A DNA stretch of 64,000 nucleotides from an uncultured Chloroflexia bacterium (GCA_963763775.1 CAVXPZ010000003.1:704001-768000), one strand, 5' to 3'; shown: positions 10,548 through 21,900, counted from the stretch's first letter. Translations and numbers: made by a program. The notes: a model not told the origin generated them from the letters alone.

Positions 10548-11930
10548 TCAGACGCCGCTCTGCGCCGTGACCCGTCCCGACTTGATCGCGGCGAGCAGCG
10601 CCGCGTGGTCCTGCTCGTTCTGGTCGGCATACGCCTCGGCGAAGGTCGCCATCGCGTGCTCGAAGGCGTTGTCCGTCCCCAGATAGCCGGCGATGGTCGC
10701 CGGCTGCCCCGAGCGAGCGTGACCGCGAGCGAGCGCCCAGGCGCACAGCTCGCCCCACGTCGCGAGCTCCTCGAGGGTCATCGTCTCGATGACCGCGCTG
10801 CCCTTCTGGTCCTGGAGCTGGCGGATGTAGACGTTGCCGCCGTGCGGGCCGACCGCCCATCCGAGGAGGATGTCGCTCGCGCCCTGGAGCCGCCGCTGGC
10901 CGGTGACGACGCGCTCCCCGTGACTCGCTCGCCCGCTCGGTCGCAGGTAGCGCTCGTAGACCGATGCCTCGGCCTGCTTGGCCTGGAGGAAGAGGGGGTC
11001 GTCCTCCGCGTCGCCGAGGAACAGCGCCACGAAGGCCCCCAGCCCGACGCTCCCGACGCCGACCACCTTGAGGGCGAAGTCGGCGAGCCGATACCGGTCG
11101 AGCAGGACCCGGCGGTCCTCCTGCACGGTCTCGCGATAGTCGGTGAGGGTGGAATTGGCGATGAACGAGGAGATCTCCTCGCGCCTTACGAGCGTCGGCG
11201 GTCGTTCGACGATCCGTCGCCGCCCGTCGACGACGGCGGTCAGCTTCGGGAGCTCGTGGACGGCGTCGTGGTGCGCCGTGGACTTCACCGTTCCCTCGAT
11301 CATGGCTCGAGCGTGCTTGTCCACGTACGCGAGGACCCCGGTCGCGTCGACCCGGGCGTAGTAGACGTCGATGGCCGGCATCGTGGCGTAGCCACCCATC
11401 CGGTCCCGGTAGGAGCGGACGGCCCGATGGACGATGTGGCGGTTGTCCCGCGCATCGAAGCCGCGATCGCGCCCGGCGACGACGAGGCTGGCCGCGAGCC
11501 GCTTCAGGTCGAACTCGAACGGGCCTCGGAGGGTCTCGTCGAAGTCGTTGATGTCGAAGAGCAGGTCGCGCTCCGGTGAGGCGAACAGGCCGAAGTTGAC
11601 GAGGTGGGCGTCCCCGCAGAGCTGGACCTCGACCTCGGTGCGGGCGCCGGCGGAGAGGTCCGCAGCCATCGGCAGCGCCGCGCCTCGAAAGAACGTGAAC
11701 GGGGAGATGGCCATGCGGCCGTATCGGACCGGGACCAGCTCCGGGATGCGCGTCGTCGCCTGTCCTTCCAGGAGCGCGATCGGATCCGGCCGATCCGCCG
11801 CCGGCTTCCATTCGCCGAGCGTGTCGGCCGGCACCGTCGAGCGCGCTGCCTCGCCGGCCGCGCGCCGCTCCTCACGGGTCTGTCGGGTCCCGGACGGCCA
11901 TCCGTCGGTGGATGCTTCGACCTGGGGCAT
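10548..11930 (-). CDS. DUF2252 family protein
   Basis: RYGRMAISPFTFFRGAA, CGDAHLVNFG, FDINDFDET, KVVGVGSVG, LARGHARSG. Confidence 0.9.
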   Translation of the reverse strand: MPQVEASTDGWPSGTRQTREERRAAGEAARSTVPADTLGEWKPAADRPDPIALLEGQATTRIPELVPVRYGRMAISPFTFFRGAALPMAADLSAGARTEVEVQLCGDAHLVNFGLFASPERDLLFDINDFDETLRGPFEFDLKRLAASLVVAGRDRGFDARDNRHIVHRAVRSYRDRMGGYATMPAIDVYYARVDATGVLAYVDKHARAMIEGTVKSTAHHDAVHELPKLTAVVDGRRRIVERPPTLVRREEISSFIANSTLTDYRETVQEDRRVLLDRYRLADFALKVVGVGSVGLGAFVALFLGDAEDDPLFLQAKQAEASVYERYLRPSGRASHGERVVTGQRRLQGASDILLGWAVGPHGGNVYIRQLQDQKGSAVIETMTLEELATWGELCAWALARGHARSGQPATIAGYLGTDNAFEHAMATFAEAYADQNEQDHAALLAAIKSGRVTAQSGV

Positions 11931-11962
11931 CGTGCCCCCCTTTCCTGTGTGCGGACCAGATG

Positions 11963-13690
11963 TCAGGCGGAGGCGGGTGGTGCGGCCACCGGCGGCAGCG
12001 CCTGATAGGCCAGGACGGCCTCGGTGATGGAGTCGTAGAAGTGGTCCTTGCCGATCTTCTCCGAGAGACCATACGCGTCGAGCTGGGCCCGCGCGTTCGG
12101 GCTCAGGTCGGCGACGACGAAGGTCACGCCCTTGCGGCCGAGCTCCTCGTTGATCTGGCGGACCGAGTCCGCGCCGGAATAGTCGATGTCGCCGATGGCT
12201 GACCCGGCGAGGACGAACCAGCGGAGCGGCGGGTCCGCGAACTCGACCAGATCCATGATCTCCTCCGTGAGCCGCGACGCGTTCGCATAGTAGATGCTGG
12301 CACCGAAGCGGTAGACGGCGAGGCCCGGCGCGGACTGCTTCGCCTCACCGAGCGGCACGCTCTCGATGACCCCGGCATTGGTCCGGACGAGCAGCGTGTC
12401 GTACGGCCGGTAGCTGTGGAAGATGTGCTCGACGATCGACAGGGCGATGGCGAGGACGATCCCCTGCTCGACGCCGACGACCACGACGACGAAAGCGGTC
12501 GCCGCGGCCACGGCAAACTCGCCCTTGCGGAGTCGATAGATCTCCGCCATGCCCTTGTAGTCGATGAGCCGAAGGCCGATCAGGAAGACGACCGACGCCA
12601 GGACGGCTTTCGGCATGTACGCCAGGGGACCGGTCAGGAACAGCAGGACGACGATCACGATCCCAGCGGCCGTCAACTGGGCGATCTGCGTGCGCCCGCC
12701 GGCGCTGTCGACCATCTCGGTCTTGGTCGGACTGCCGTTGACGACGAACGTCCCGGAGAACGACGCCGCGACGCTGGCCGCGCCGAGCCCGATCAGGTCG
12801 ACGTTCTCATCGAAGCTGTCGGAGTACTTCATCGCGTAGGCTCGCGAGGTCGCGGCGCTCTGGGCGAGGATGACGATGACCAGGGAGACGACCGTCGGCA
12901 CCAGCGCCGAGATCGTGGCCTGGTTCATCACCTCCGTCGGGAAGCCCCAGGCCGGAAGCCCGCCAGGCACCGTCCCGAGCACGGCCACGCCGTCGGCCTG
13001 GAGGTCGAGGGCGTAGCTCGCGACGATCGCGACCACGACGGCGATCAAGGCGCCAGGGATCGCCTTGTTCACGCGGCCCAGGCCGACGATGGTGGCCAGG
13101 ACGAAGATCGAAACGGCCAGCGTCGCGGTGACGGTCTCACTCGGGATCAGCTTGAGGGTCTCGACGAACTTCTCGACCGTTCCACCGGACTGGCTCGGGA
13201 TCCCGAACATGCCCCCGACCTGACCCATCGCGACCTGGATCCCGACGCCGGTCAGGAACCCGATCAGGACGCTTCGAGACAGGAAGTTGGCGATGAATCC
13301 GAGCTTGAGGACCCTGGCCAGGATGAGGAGGACGCCGCACATGAGCGCGGCCAGGGATGCCGTCTCGACGTACTGCGTGGAGTCCTGCGTGAGGCCCATC
13401 GCGACGAGACCCGTGGCCATGATCGCGGCCGTCGCCGAGTCGGCGCCGACCACCAGGTGCCGCGACGACCCGAGGATCGCGAAGGCGATGATCGGCAGGA
13501 TGATCGTGTACAGGCCCGTGATGACGGGCATGCCGGCGATCGTCGTGTACCCCATGACCTCGGGGATGGCCAGCGCGGCCAGGGTCGCCCCGGCGATCAC
13601 GTCGACGCCGACGCGGGACATGTCGATGGGCAGGATGCCCTCGAAGAGCGGGAACGGCTTCTTGCCCCGCCGCGCCTGGGTCGTCGCCAC
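11963..13690 (-). CDS. SulP/SLC26 anion transporter with STAS domain
   Basis: DVIAGATLAALAIPEVMGY, GSSRHLVVGADS, STAS IDYSG. Confidence 0.9.
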   Translation of the reverse strand: MATTQARRGKKPFPLFEGILPIDMSRVGVDVIAGATLAALAIPEVMGYTTIAGMPVITGLYTIILPIIAFAILGSSRHLVVGADSATAAIMATGLVAMGLTQDSTQYVETASLAALMCGVLLILARVLKLGFIANFLSRSVLIGFLTGVGIQVAMGQVGGMFGIPSQSGGTVEKFVETLKLIPSETVTATLAVSIFVLATIVGLGRVNKAIPGALIAVVVAIVASYALDLQADGVAVLGTVPGGLPAWGFPTEVMNQATISALVPTVVSLVIVILAQSAATSRAYAMKYSDSFDENVDLIGLGAASVAASFSGTFVVNGSPTKTEMVDSAGGRTQIAQLTAAGIVIVVLLFLTGPLAYMPKAVLASVVFLIGLRLIDYKGMAEIYRLRKGEFAVAAATAFVVVVVGVEQGIVLAIALSIVEHIFHSYRPYDTLLVRTNAGVIESVPLGEAKQSAPGLAVYRFGASIYYANASRLTEEIMDLVEFADPPLRWFVLAGSAIGDIDYSGADSVRQINEELGRKGVTFVVADLSPNARAQLDAYGLSEKIGKDHFYDSITEAVLAYQALPPVAAPPASA

Positions 13691-13883
13691 TTACGCCCTT
13701 CCTCCGTGTCCCGGGACCGGTCTCGAGGCGCGCGCTGGTCGCGCCGCATCGGTCACGCCGACGGCCGTGGTCCCCTCCGTCGTCGCATGCTGGCACCCAC
13801 CGGCAACGGCGCCATCATCCGTTGCGGGTGACGGGTCTCGGCGGGATCGCAGGACTCGCCCGGACCCCGCAGAGCTCGATTCG

Positions 13884-14705
13884 CTAGAGTCCGGTCGGAT
13901 CCTCGTCGAGGATGCCCTGGGCGGCTTCGGCGCCTGCTTTGGTGGCCTTGCCCTTGAGGATGTACTCGAACACGACCGCGGCCATGGCTCCGAGGAGCGG
14001 CCCGATCAGGTAGATGTAGTAGTTGGTCAGGTCGCCGCCGACGAGCATCGGCGCGAGCGAACGGGCGGGGTTCATCGAGGCGCCGGTGACCGGGGCGCCC
14101 CAGACCGACACGAGCCCGATGTACGCCCCGACCGCGATCGCCCCGTTGATGCCGACGTTGCGCGCACCCGACGCCGTGCCGAGGATGACGCTGACCAAGC
14201 CGAGCGTGAGCACGGCTTCGGTCAGGACGGCCACGAGCGGGCTGACCGACGGCGTCGGCTCGGTCGCGCCGTTGAGGATCCCGCCGTACATGGCATTGAG
14301 GAACAGCGCGGCGAGGACGGCCCCGACGACCTCGGCGACGATGTAGCCGGGAACGCGACGCCACGGGAAGTTGCCGCGCACGGCGAACGCCAGGGTCACG
14401 GCCGGATTGAGGTGCGCCCCCGAGATCGTGCCCATGAAGAAGATGACGCCCATGACCATCATGCCCGGGGCCAGCGCCTTCATCGGCAGCGTCAGGTCCG
14501 AGCCGAAGGCCGTGGCACCGATGACGCCACCGCCAGCGGCCACGAGCACCAGCAGGAACGTCCCCCACACCTCGGAAAAGAGCCGGCGGTACTCCAGCCG
14601 CGCGTCGTCGAACTGCGTGTCGGCCAGTCGTGCCGATGCTGTTCGCCGGGCGATGTAATCGAGGACCGGCTCTCCCGACCCGTGGCTCTTGGCGTTCTCG
14701 GTCAT
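13884..14705 (-). CDS. Aquaporin (MIP family)
   Basis: SGAHLNPAVT and SMNPARS NPA motifs. Confidence 0.9.
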   Translation of the reverse strand: MTENAKSHGSGEPVLDYIARRTASARLADTQFDDARLEYRRLFSEVWGTFLLVLVAAGGGVIGATAFGSDLTLPMKALAPGMMVMGVIFFMGTISGAHLNPAVTLAFAVRGNFPWRRVPGYIVAEVVGAVLAALFLNAMYGGILNGATEPTPSVSPLVAVLTEAVLTLGLVSVILGTASGARNVGINGAIAVGAYIGLVSVWGAPVTGASMNPARSLAPMLVGGDLTNYYIYLIGPLLGAMAAVVFEYILKGKATKAGAEAAQGILDEDPTGL

Positions 14706-14890
14706 CCTCGCTCCTCCACACGCTCCTGATCGGCCGGGCGTCGCGTCTGGCTCGGGCGAACCCGCGCTGGTCGGTGGCCCGGCGGAAGGCGCCATCATCC
14801 CACCCTCCTGACGAGGCGGGGCGGTGTTTTCGCCGATACGCCCCGCCGGCGGCTGGCGAGGGTCTGCTGCGTATGGCACGATCGGGCGCG

Positions 14891-16006
14891 ATGGCTCGCC
14901 TCCCCGTCCCGACCCTCCCGAGCCCGATCGTGCGACGCGTCGCGTGGCATGTCCGCCGCGTCGCCGGAAGCCTGGACCGGCATTTCTTCCTGACCCTCGC
15001 CGAGGGCATCGTCGGGTTCGTGATCGTGGCCGCCGTCCTCATCACGCTCTTCGAGAAGCCGTGGACGTTCGAGTCGATCTTCGACTCGTTCAACTGGGGG
15101 ATCGCGACGGTCCTCGGCCAGGGCGACTCGAGTTTCGTGACCTCACCGGCCGGTCGGGCGATCAGCTGGTTGCTGATCCTGTTCGGGGTCGCCATGCTCG
15201 GCATGATCACCGGCGCGCTCGTCGCGATGGTCATCGATTTCCTGCTGAAGGAGGGCCAGGGATTGGGTGCGTCCGGGTTCAACGACCACATCGTCGTCTG
15301 CGGCTGGAACGCGACCGCTCGCGACCTCATCGACGAGCTCCGCGGGGACGATTACAAGCAGAAGATCGTGCTCCTCGCCGACATCGAGAAGAACCCGGCT
15401 CGCGACAGCGTCTATTTCGTCCGGGGCGACGCCACCAACGCCGACGACCTGGACCGCGCCGACATCGAGGAGGCCTCGGCGGCGATCGTCTTCCCGGTCG
15501 ACGGATCGGATGAGGCGGACATGCACTCGATCCTGACGATCATGGCCATCAAGTCCGTGGCCCCGAACGTTCGGACCGTTTCTGAGGTGAACAACCCGCG
15601 CCACGAACCGCACTTCCTGCGGGCCGAAGTGGACGAGCTGCTCGTCACGTCCAAAGTGGCCTCGCACCTCCTCGCCCGGTCCGCCCTGTACCCGGGTCTG
15701 ACGGGGATCATCACGGACATCGTGTCCGGCGGCGAGGGGTCCGAGCTGTACCGCGTCGTGCTGCCCGAGGACTACATCGGGCTATCGATCGACGCGGTCT
15801 CGGCGCGGTTGCGCGACGAGCATCGCGCCACGCTGCTCTCGGTGAATTGCGGCGGGCACGCGTTCGTGAACCCGGCCGCGGACTTTGCGCTCGAACCCGG
15901 CGACGACGCCGTGGTCGTCGCCGAATTGCTCGGCGAGCTGGCGCCACTCGATATCCGCGACATGTCAACGCCGTCTCGGTCTGCCTCGGTGGTGCCGAGC
16001 GCCTGA
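14891..16006 (+). CDS. Potassium channel with RCK/TrkA domains
   Basis: 2TM pore with atypical filter TVLGQGD; HIVVCGW RCK_N; RCK_C. Confidence 0.8.
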   Translation: MARLPVPTLPSPIVRRVAWHVRRVAGSLDRHFFLTLAEGIVGFVIVAAVLITLFEKPWTFESIFDSFNWGIATVLGQGDSSFVTSPAGRAISWLLILFGVAMLGMITGALVAMVIDFLLKEGQGLGASGFNDHIVVCGWNATARDLIDELRGDDYKQKIVLLADIEKNPARDSVYFVRGDATNADDLDRADIEEASAAIVFPVDGSDEADMHSILTIMAIKSVAPNVRTVSEVNNPRHEPHFLRAEVDELLVTSKVASHLLARSALYPGLTGIITDIVSGGEGSELYRVVLPEDYIGLSIDAVSARLRDEHRATLLSVNCGGHAFVNPAADFALEPGDDAVVVAELLGELAPLDIRDMSTPSRSASVVPSA

Positions 16007-16022
16007 CGCCGCCGCCGGGCGT

Positions 16023-17372
16023 CTACGGGCCCGCGGGATGCTCGTCCCGGCGTCGGAACGTGCCTGCCGATAGGAAGATCCCGCGCCCATGGAGGGCCGT
16101 GGTATAGGCGGAGCCCGGCTGGAATGGCTTCGCGAGGGCATAGCCGATGGCCGCCGCGATGACGAGCGGCACGAGCATCTCGTAGCTGCCGACCATCTCG
16201 AAGACCATCAACGCGCCGAAGACGGGTGCATGGAAGCTTCCCGCGAGCATGGCCGCCACGCCGACCATCGCGAACACCACCGGCGACAGGTGGGCGTCCG
16301 GGAACAGCGCGATCGCCACGGTTCCGACCGCCGCCCCGAGCGTCGATCCGATGAGCATCGCCGGTCCGATCACGCCACCGACGAAACCGGCGCCGAGGCT
16401 GGACGGCGTCAGGATCGTCTCGGCGATCGCGAGGGCGATCAGGGTCGCCAAGGGGATCGTCGCTCCCCCGAACAGCTGCTTCATGGTGGCGGTGCCGGTG
16501 CCCATGACCTCGGGCAGCCAGATCGCCACGAGTCCCACGAGCGCAGCCGCGAGGACCATCCGGCCCATCGGCACGAGCCGGATGCGGCCCCAGAGCGGCT
16601 TCAGCCGCGCGATGAGGTCCACGTAGGCGATCGCCGCGAACCCTGCCAGGACGGCCGCGGCCAGGTAGATCAGCAGCGTGGCGTCCCAGTGGACGACGCC
16701 AGGCGGCACGGGATAGGTCGCGGGCGTGCCGACCAACTCGTACGTCACCAGGCCGGCGACCCCCACCGCGATGAGTGTCGGCACCACGAACACGATCCCG
16801 CCGAAACCGCCGAGGACCACCTCGAGCGCGAAGACGATCGCGGCGAGCTGGGCCAGGAAGGTCGAGGAGATGCCTGCCGCGACGCCAGCCACGGCCAGGG
16901 ACCGGACGAACGCCGCCGGCCACCCGAATCGGACGGCCGCGAACGATCCGATGTGGGCCCCGATCATCGCGGACGGGGTGTCGGCGCCGACGGGCAGCCC
17001 GAATCCGATGCCGACCACGGATCCGCCGACCCAGACCGCGGCGTTCGCGTGGTCGAGGCCCCGAGCGTCGGCCTCGACTCGGTCGATGATGTGCGGCATC
17101 CCGACCAGTGGCACGGGACGCAGGAACCGCATGACGAGCGCGACGGCGACCCCGCCCAGCGCCAGGATCGGCACGAGGGTCCACGCACCGAGCGGCGCGA
17201 CCGCGGCCCCGAGGCCATCGAAGACGACTTGATGGATCAGCCCGAAGGCCTGGTTGAAGAGCCAGACGCCGATAGCCGTGACCGCGCCGAGGGCCGCCGC
17301 CGCGACGCCGAGCCCGACGTACGACGCCCTCGTCGGGCTTGGGTCGTCCCCGCCGACGACCGTCGTTGACAT
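16023..17372 (-). CDS. ClC-family chloride channel/transporter
   Basis: Many TMs; GFVGGVIGPAMLIG; FHAPVFG; GREGP motif degenerate (GADTP). Confidence 0.8.
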   Translation of the reverse strand: MSTTVVGGDDPSPTRASYVGLGVAAAALGAVTAIGVWLFNQAFGLIHQVVFDGLGAAVAPLGAWTLVPILALGGVAVALVMRFLRPVPLVGMPHIIDRVEADARGLDHANAAVWVGGSVVGIGFGLPVGADTPSAMIGAHIGSFAAVRFGWPAAFVRSLAVAGVAAGISSTFLAQLAAIVFALEVVLGGFGGIVFVVPTLIAVGVAGLVTYELVGTPATYPVPPGVVHWDATLLIYLAAAVLAGFAAIAYVDLIARLKPLWGRIRLVPMGRMVLAAALVGLVAIWLPEVMGTGTATMKQLFGGATIPLATLIALAIAETILTPSSLGAGFVGGVIGPAMLIGSTLGAAVGTVAIALFPDAHLSPVVFAMVGVAAMLAGSFHAPVFGALMVFEMVGSYEMLVPLVIAAAIGYALAKPFQPGSAYTTALHGRGIFLSAGTFRRRDEHPAGP

Positions 17373-17380
17373 CGGCGCGG

Positions 17381-18817
17381 CTACAGGGCCTTGACCGCGG
17401 CGGTCAGTGCGGCGAGCCCGTCCTTCGCATCGGCGAACAGCATCCCCGTCTTCGGGTCGGAGTACAGCTCGTTGTCGATGCCGGCGTAGCCCTTGCCCAT
17501 CGAGCGCTTGATCACGACGATGGACTTCGCGTGGTCGACATCGAGGATCGGCATCCCGGACACGGGCGAGCCGGGCCGACGGGCCGCCGGGTTCGTCACG
17601 TCGTTCGCGCCGATGACCAGCGCCACGTCGCAGCGGTCGAACTCCGGGTTGATGTCGTCCATCTCCTTGAGCTGGGGGTAGGGGACGTTGGCCTCGGCCA
17701 GGAGCACGTTCATGTGGCCCGGCATGCGGCCCGCCACCGGGTGGATGGCGTACTTGACGTCGACGCCGCGCTCCTCGAGGAGCTCGGCCAGCTCGCGGAC
17801 GGCGTGCTGTGCCTGGGCGACGGCGAGGCCGTAGCCCGGGACGATGATCACGGACTGGGCGTACGCGAGCTGGATGGCGACATCGTCGGCGCCGATCTCG
17901 CGGACGGTCCCGCCGGCCCCGTCGACCGCGCCGGCGGCATCGTCGCCGCCACCGAAGCCGCCCACCATGATGTTCATCACCGAGCGGTTCATCGCGTCGG
18001 CCATGAGCTTGGTGAGGATCGCGCCCGAGGCCCCGACGAGGGCGCCGGAGATGATCAGGACCGGGTTCCCGAGCACGAAGCCGGCCATCGCGGCGGCGGT
18101 GCCCGTGAACGAGTTCAGGAGGCTGATGACGACGGGCATGTCGGCGCCGCCGATCGGCAGCACCATCGTGACCCCGAAGATGAGGCCCGACAGGACCACG
18201 AGTCCGAGGATCACCAGGGTGGTCTCGCTGCTGAGCTCGATGGCGCCGGCGGCGCCGGCGATGAGCCCGATCGTCCCGAGGACGGCGACGACCGCCAGGG
18301 CGACCGTGATGAACCGGCCCCCGGGCAGGAAGATCGGCTTGCCGGCGATCAGGCCCTGGAGCTTGCCGCCCGCGATGAGCGAGCCGCTGAACGTCACGGA
18401 ACCGATGAGCGCCCCGAGCACGACGAAGATCGTCGTGTCGACCGGTGCGCCGTTGCTGAGCCGGATGAAGTCGTCGATCGCGACGAGGGCCGCGGCGCCG
18501 CCGCCGACCGCGTTGAACAGCGACACCAGCTGCGGCATCGCCGTCATCTTCACGGTCCGCGCGGTGTACAGGCCGGCGCCGCCGCCGATGAGGAAGCCGA
18601 CGACGATGATCGCGAGCGCGATCCCGCTCAGGCCGCCTTCACGCGTGAGCAGCCAGACGAACGTGGCACCGACCGCGATGACCATGCCGGCGGCGCTCAG
18701 CTGGTTGCCGCTCCGGCCCGTGGCGGGCGAGTTCATCCGGTGGAGGCCCAGCACGAAGCACGAGGCTCCGGCCAGCCAGGCCAGGTAGACGATGGTGTAG
18801 ATCCACTGCTGTGACAT
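17381..18817 (-). CDS. pntB: NAD(P) transhydrogenase subunit beta
   Basis: IGGADMPVVISLLNS, HPVAGRMPGHMNVLLAEA, GANDVTNPAA. Confidence 0.95.
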   Translation of the reverse strand: MSQQWIYTIVYLAWLAGASCFVLGLHRMNSPATGRSGNQLSAAGMVIAVGATFVWLLTREGGLSGIALAIIVVGFLIGGGAGLYTARTVKMTAMPQLVSLFNAVGGGAAALVAIDDFIRLSNGAPVDTTIFVVLGALIGSVTFSGSLIAGGKLQGLIAGKPIFLPGGRFITVALAVVAVLGTIGLIAGAAGAIELSSETTLVILGLVVLSGLIFGVTMVLPIGGADMPVVISLLNSFTGTAAAMAGFVLGNPVLIISGALVGASGAILTKLMADAMNRSVMNIMVGGFGGGDDAAGAVDGAGGTVREIGADDVAIQLAYAQSVIIVPGYGLAVAQAQHAVRELAELLEERGVDVKYAIHPVAGRMPGHMNVLLAEANVPYPQLKEMDDINPEFDRCDVALVIGANDVTNPAARRPGSPVSGMPILDVDHAKSIVVIKRSMGKGYAGIDNELYSDPKTGMLFADAKDGLAALTAAVKAL

Positions 18818-18832
18818 CGACGGGCTCCTCGG

Positions 18833-19165
18833 CTAGGCGCCGGGGGCGTCCGACGCGCCCTCGGTCCCGGCCTTGGGGGCCGTCGGCTTCTTGCGGAACA
18901 TCTGGAGCATCCGGTCGGTGACGACGTAGCCGCCGACGACGTTCATCGCCCCGAACACCATCGCGACGAACGCGAGGACGTAGCTCACCGGGTTGTCGGC
19001 CTCGGCCGCGATGATCATCGCGCCCACCAGGACGATGCCGTGGATCGAGTTCGCCCCCGACATCAGCGGGGTGTGCAGGGTCGCGGGGACCTTGCTGATG
19101 ACCTCGAAGCCGACGAGGATGGCCAGCGTGAAGATGGCCAGCGAGGTAAGGAGTTGGTCGCTCAC
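18833..19165 (-). CDS. pntA: NAD(P) transhydrogenase alpha subunit, part 2
   Basis: KVPATLHTPLMSGANSIHG, GGYVVTDRMLQMF. Confidence 0.9.
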   Translation of the reverse strand: MSDQLLTSLAIFTLAILVGFEVISKVPATLHTPLMSGANSIHGIVLVGAMIIAAEADNPVSYVLAFVAMVFGAMNVVGGYVVTDRMLQMFRKKPTAPKAGTEGASDAPGA

Positions 19166-20326
19166 GCGGGGCCTCCAGCGGCCGGCGCGGCCGGCTCGAG
19201 CAGCTTCTTGACGGCGTCCGACAGGATCTCGCCGCCCTGGGTGATCACCGTGGCCTTCGTGACCTCGTCCTCGAAGTCGAGGTGGAGGGCGCCGTCCTTG
19301 ACCATCCCGAGCAGCAGCGACGAGATGTTCCGGGCGTAGAAGGCGGACGCGCCGGCCGGCATCGAGGCCGGGAGGTTGTCCGGGGCGATGATCGTGACGC
19401 CGTTTGGCGTCTCGATGGTCTCGCCGACCTTCGAGAGCTCGACGTTGCCGCCGAGCGCGGACGCGGCCATGTCCACCAGGATCGAGCCAGGCTTCATCTT
19501 GCCCACGGCCTCTGCGGTCACCAGGACCGGCGGCTTGCGCCCCGGGACCTGGGCCGTGGTGATCACCACGTCCATGCCCCCGATGACCTCGTTGAGCTCG
19601 GCCTGCTGCGAGGCGCGCTCCTCGGCCGTCAGCTCGCGGGCGTACCCACCCGCGCCCGTGGCATCGATGGTCGTCTTGAGCTTCACGAACTTGGCGCCGA
19701 GGCTCTCGGCCTGCTCGCGCGTCTCGGGACGGACGTCGTACGCGTGGACGACGGCGCCGAGCCGCTTCGCGGTCCCGATGGCCTGGAGACCGGCGACGCC
19801 GATCCCGAGGATCAGGACGTTGGCGGGCTTGGCCGTGCCGGCGGCCGTGGTCAGGAGCGGGAAGTAGCGCGGGTAGGCGTTCGCGGCGATCAGGACGGCC
19901 TTGTAGCCGCCGACGTTCGCCTGCGAGGACAGGGCGTCCATCGTCTGGGCGCGCGACAGGGTCCGCGGGATCGCATCGAGGCTGATGGCCGTGACGCCCT
20001 TCGCGGCGAGGTCCTTCGCCAGCGCCGGATCGATGAGCGGCTGGAGGAACCCGACCACGGCCTGTCCGCTGCGGAGACGCCCGACCTCGTCGGCCGAGGG
20101 CTTCGCGACGCGGAGGATGACGTCCGCGCCCTGGTACAGGGCGTCGGTGCGCGACGACGGTCGCGCCGGCGTCGGCGTAGGCGCTGTCGGGGAGGGCGGA
20201 GCCGGCGCCGGCGCCGGACTCGACGAGGATCTCGCACCCGGCCGCTTGCAGCTTGCCGAGCGCTTCGGGTACCAGGGCGACGCGCCGCTCTCCGGGCGCG
20301 GTCTCCTTGGCGACACCGACCTTCAT
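19162..20326 (-). CDS. pntA: NAD(P) transhydrogenase alpha subunit, part 1 (indel near 20155)
   Basis: MKVGVAKETAPGERRVALVP, RAQTMDALSSQ, GIGVAGLQAI. Confidence 0.9.
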
Positions 20327-20486
20327 GGGCACCACCTGTTTCGGAGGGATGACGGGCCGCGGACTTGGGGCGGTCCGCGGGGACACGTGCGGTCGTTGCG
20401 AAGTCTACCGCCGGGCCTCGCGCGTTGCCTCGTGTCGGAGGTTGCGATTCGGCATCGCGGCATCGCTGGCATAGCGCCCCGCGGCG

Positions 20487-21286
20487 TCACAGGCGGGAGC
20501 GGATCTCCCACAGGTCCGGGAACGCGGGCCGGAAGAGCGTCGCGCGCAGGTATTCGACGCCGCTCGAGCCGCCCGTGCCGCGCTTGGTCCCGATCGTGCG
20601 CTCGACCATCTTCACGTGGCGGTACCGCCACTCCTGGATGCCCTCGTCGAGGTCGACCAGGCGCTCGGCCACGATCGCGGCGTCCGGGTCCCCGTGGTAG
20701 ATCGCGACGAGCAACTCCTGGACGCGGTCGTCCGGCTCGATGGGCAGGGAGGCGTCCCGGCGATGAGGTCGTCGGGGACCTCGTGGCCGCGCTCGGACAG
20801 GTAGTCGAGGAACGACGCCCACAAGGACGGCGCCGTCTGCGCCGCCTCGATGGCCAGGCGCGCCGGCGAGTCGGGCGGCTGCGCCGCGGCGGCGGACGGG
20901 TCGCGGAGTCCGAGCATCGCCTCGACCTGGCGGAACCCGGCGCTCTGGAAGCCCGAGGCGGAATCGAGACGGTCGCGGAAGGACAGGAACTGGAGCGGCG
21001 TCATCGTCTCCAGGACGTCGATCTGGGCGACGAGCGTCTTGACGATCTTCAGCACCCGATTGAGGAGGTGCAGCGCCGTGTCGGTGTCGCCGTCCTCGAG
21101 CGCGCCCTGGACGCCGTGGAGCTCGTGACGGAGCTGCTTGAACCACAGCTCGTAGACCTGGTGGATGACGATGAACAGGAGCTCGTCGTGCTCGGGTCCG
21201 TCGGGGCCGGAGGAGCGCTCGACCTGGAGCGACAACAACTCCTGGACCTGCAGGTACGACGCGTACGTGACGGCTCGGCGGCTCAC
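20487..21286 (-). CDS. kynA: Tryptophan 2,3-dioxygenase (indel near 20750)
   Basis: HDELLFIVIHQVYELWFK, ASGFQS, HVKMVERTIGTKRGTGGSSGVEYL. Confidence 0.9.
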
Positions 21287-21320
21287 GTCGCCGATGGTAC
21301 GCGCGACGCCCTCGCGGCGG

Positions 21321-21878
21321 TCAGTCCGTCGGGCGGATCCGGATGATGAGCATCGAGGCGTCGGGATCGTCGCCGATGACCTCCGCATCGTGCGGGACCG
21401 TGCCGTCCCAGCGGACGTAGTCGCCCGGACCCGCCTCGATCACCTGGTCGCCCTGCGTCATGCGGAACCGGCCACGGAGTACGACGTGGTGCTCCTCGCC
21501 GGCGTGCGAGTGCGTCCCGACCCGCCCGCCCGAGGCGGTCGCGATGACCTCGAGGATCGTGACGTCGCGCGAGGCGTGCCCGTCGACGCGCTCGACCCGT
21601 CCCAGGTCGCTGACCGTCACGGGACGGTCCGCCGCGCGGACGACGACCGGTTCGGGCAGGTCCTCGATGAGGAACCATGCCGCGGGGACCTCGAGGGCAT
21701 CCGCGATCGACGCGAGGCACTGGAGCGATGGCGATGCCTTGTCGTTCTCGATCTGCGAGAGATAGCCGACATTCAGCCCGCTCCGCTCGGCGACGCTCGC
21801 GAGCGTGAGGCCGCGGACCGTCCGCCAGCGCTTGATCTGCGTCCCGACGGCCGGCCTGCGCCGCTCCTCGGTCGTCAT
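21321..21878 (-). CDS. XRE-family HTH regulator with cupin domain
   Basis: SGLNVGYLSQIENDKASPSL; HSHAGEE. Confidence 0.9.
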   Translation of the reverse strand: MTTEERRRPAVGTQIKRWRTVRGLTLASVAERSGLNVGYLSQIENDKASPSLQCLASIADALEVPAAWFLIEDLPEPVVVRAADRPVTVSDLGRVERVDGHASRDVTILEVIATASGGRVGTHSHAGEEHHVVLRGRFRMTQGDQVIEAGPGDYVRWDGTVPHDAEVIGDDPDASMLIIRIRPTD

Positions 21879-21900
21879 GTTGGTTCTCCACAAACAGGTA

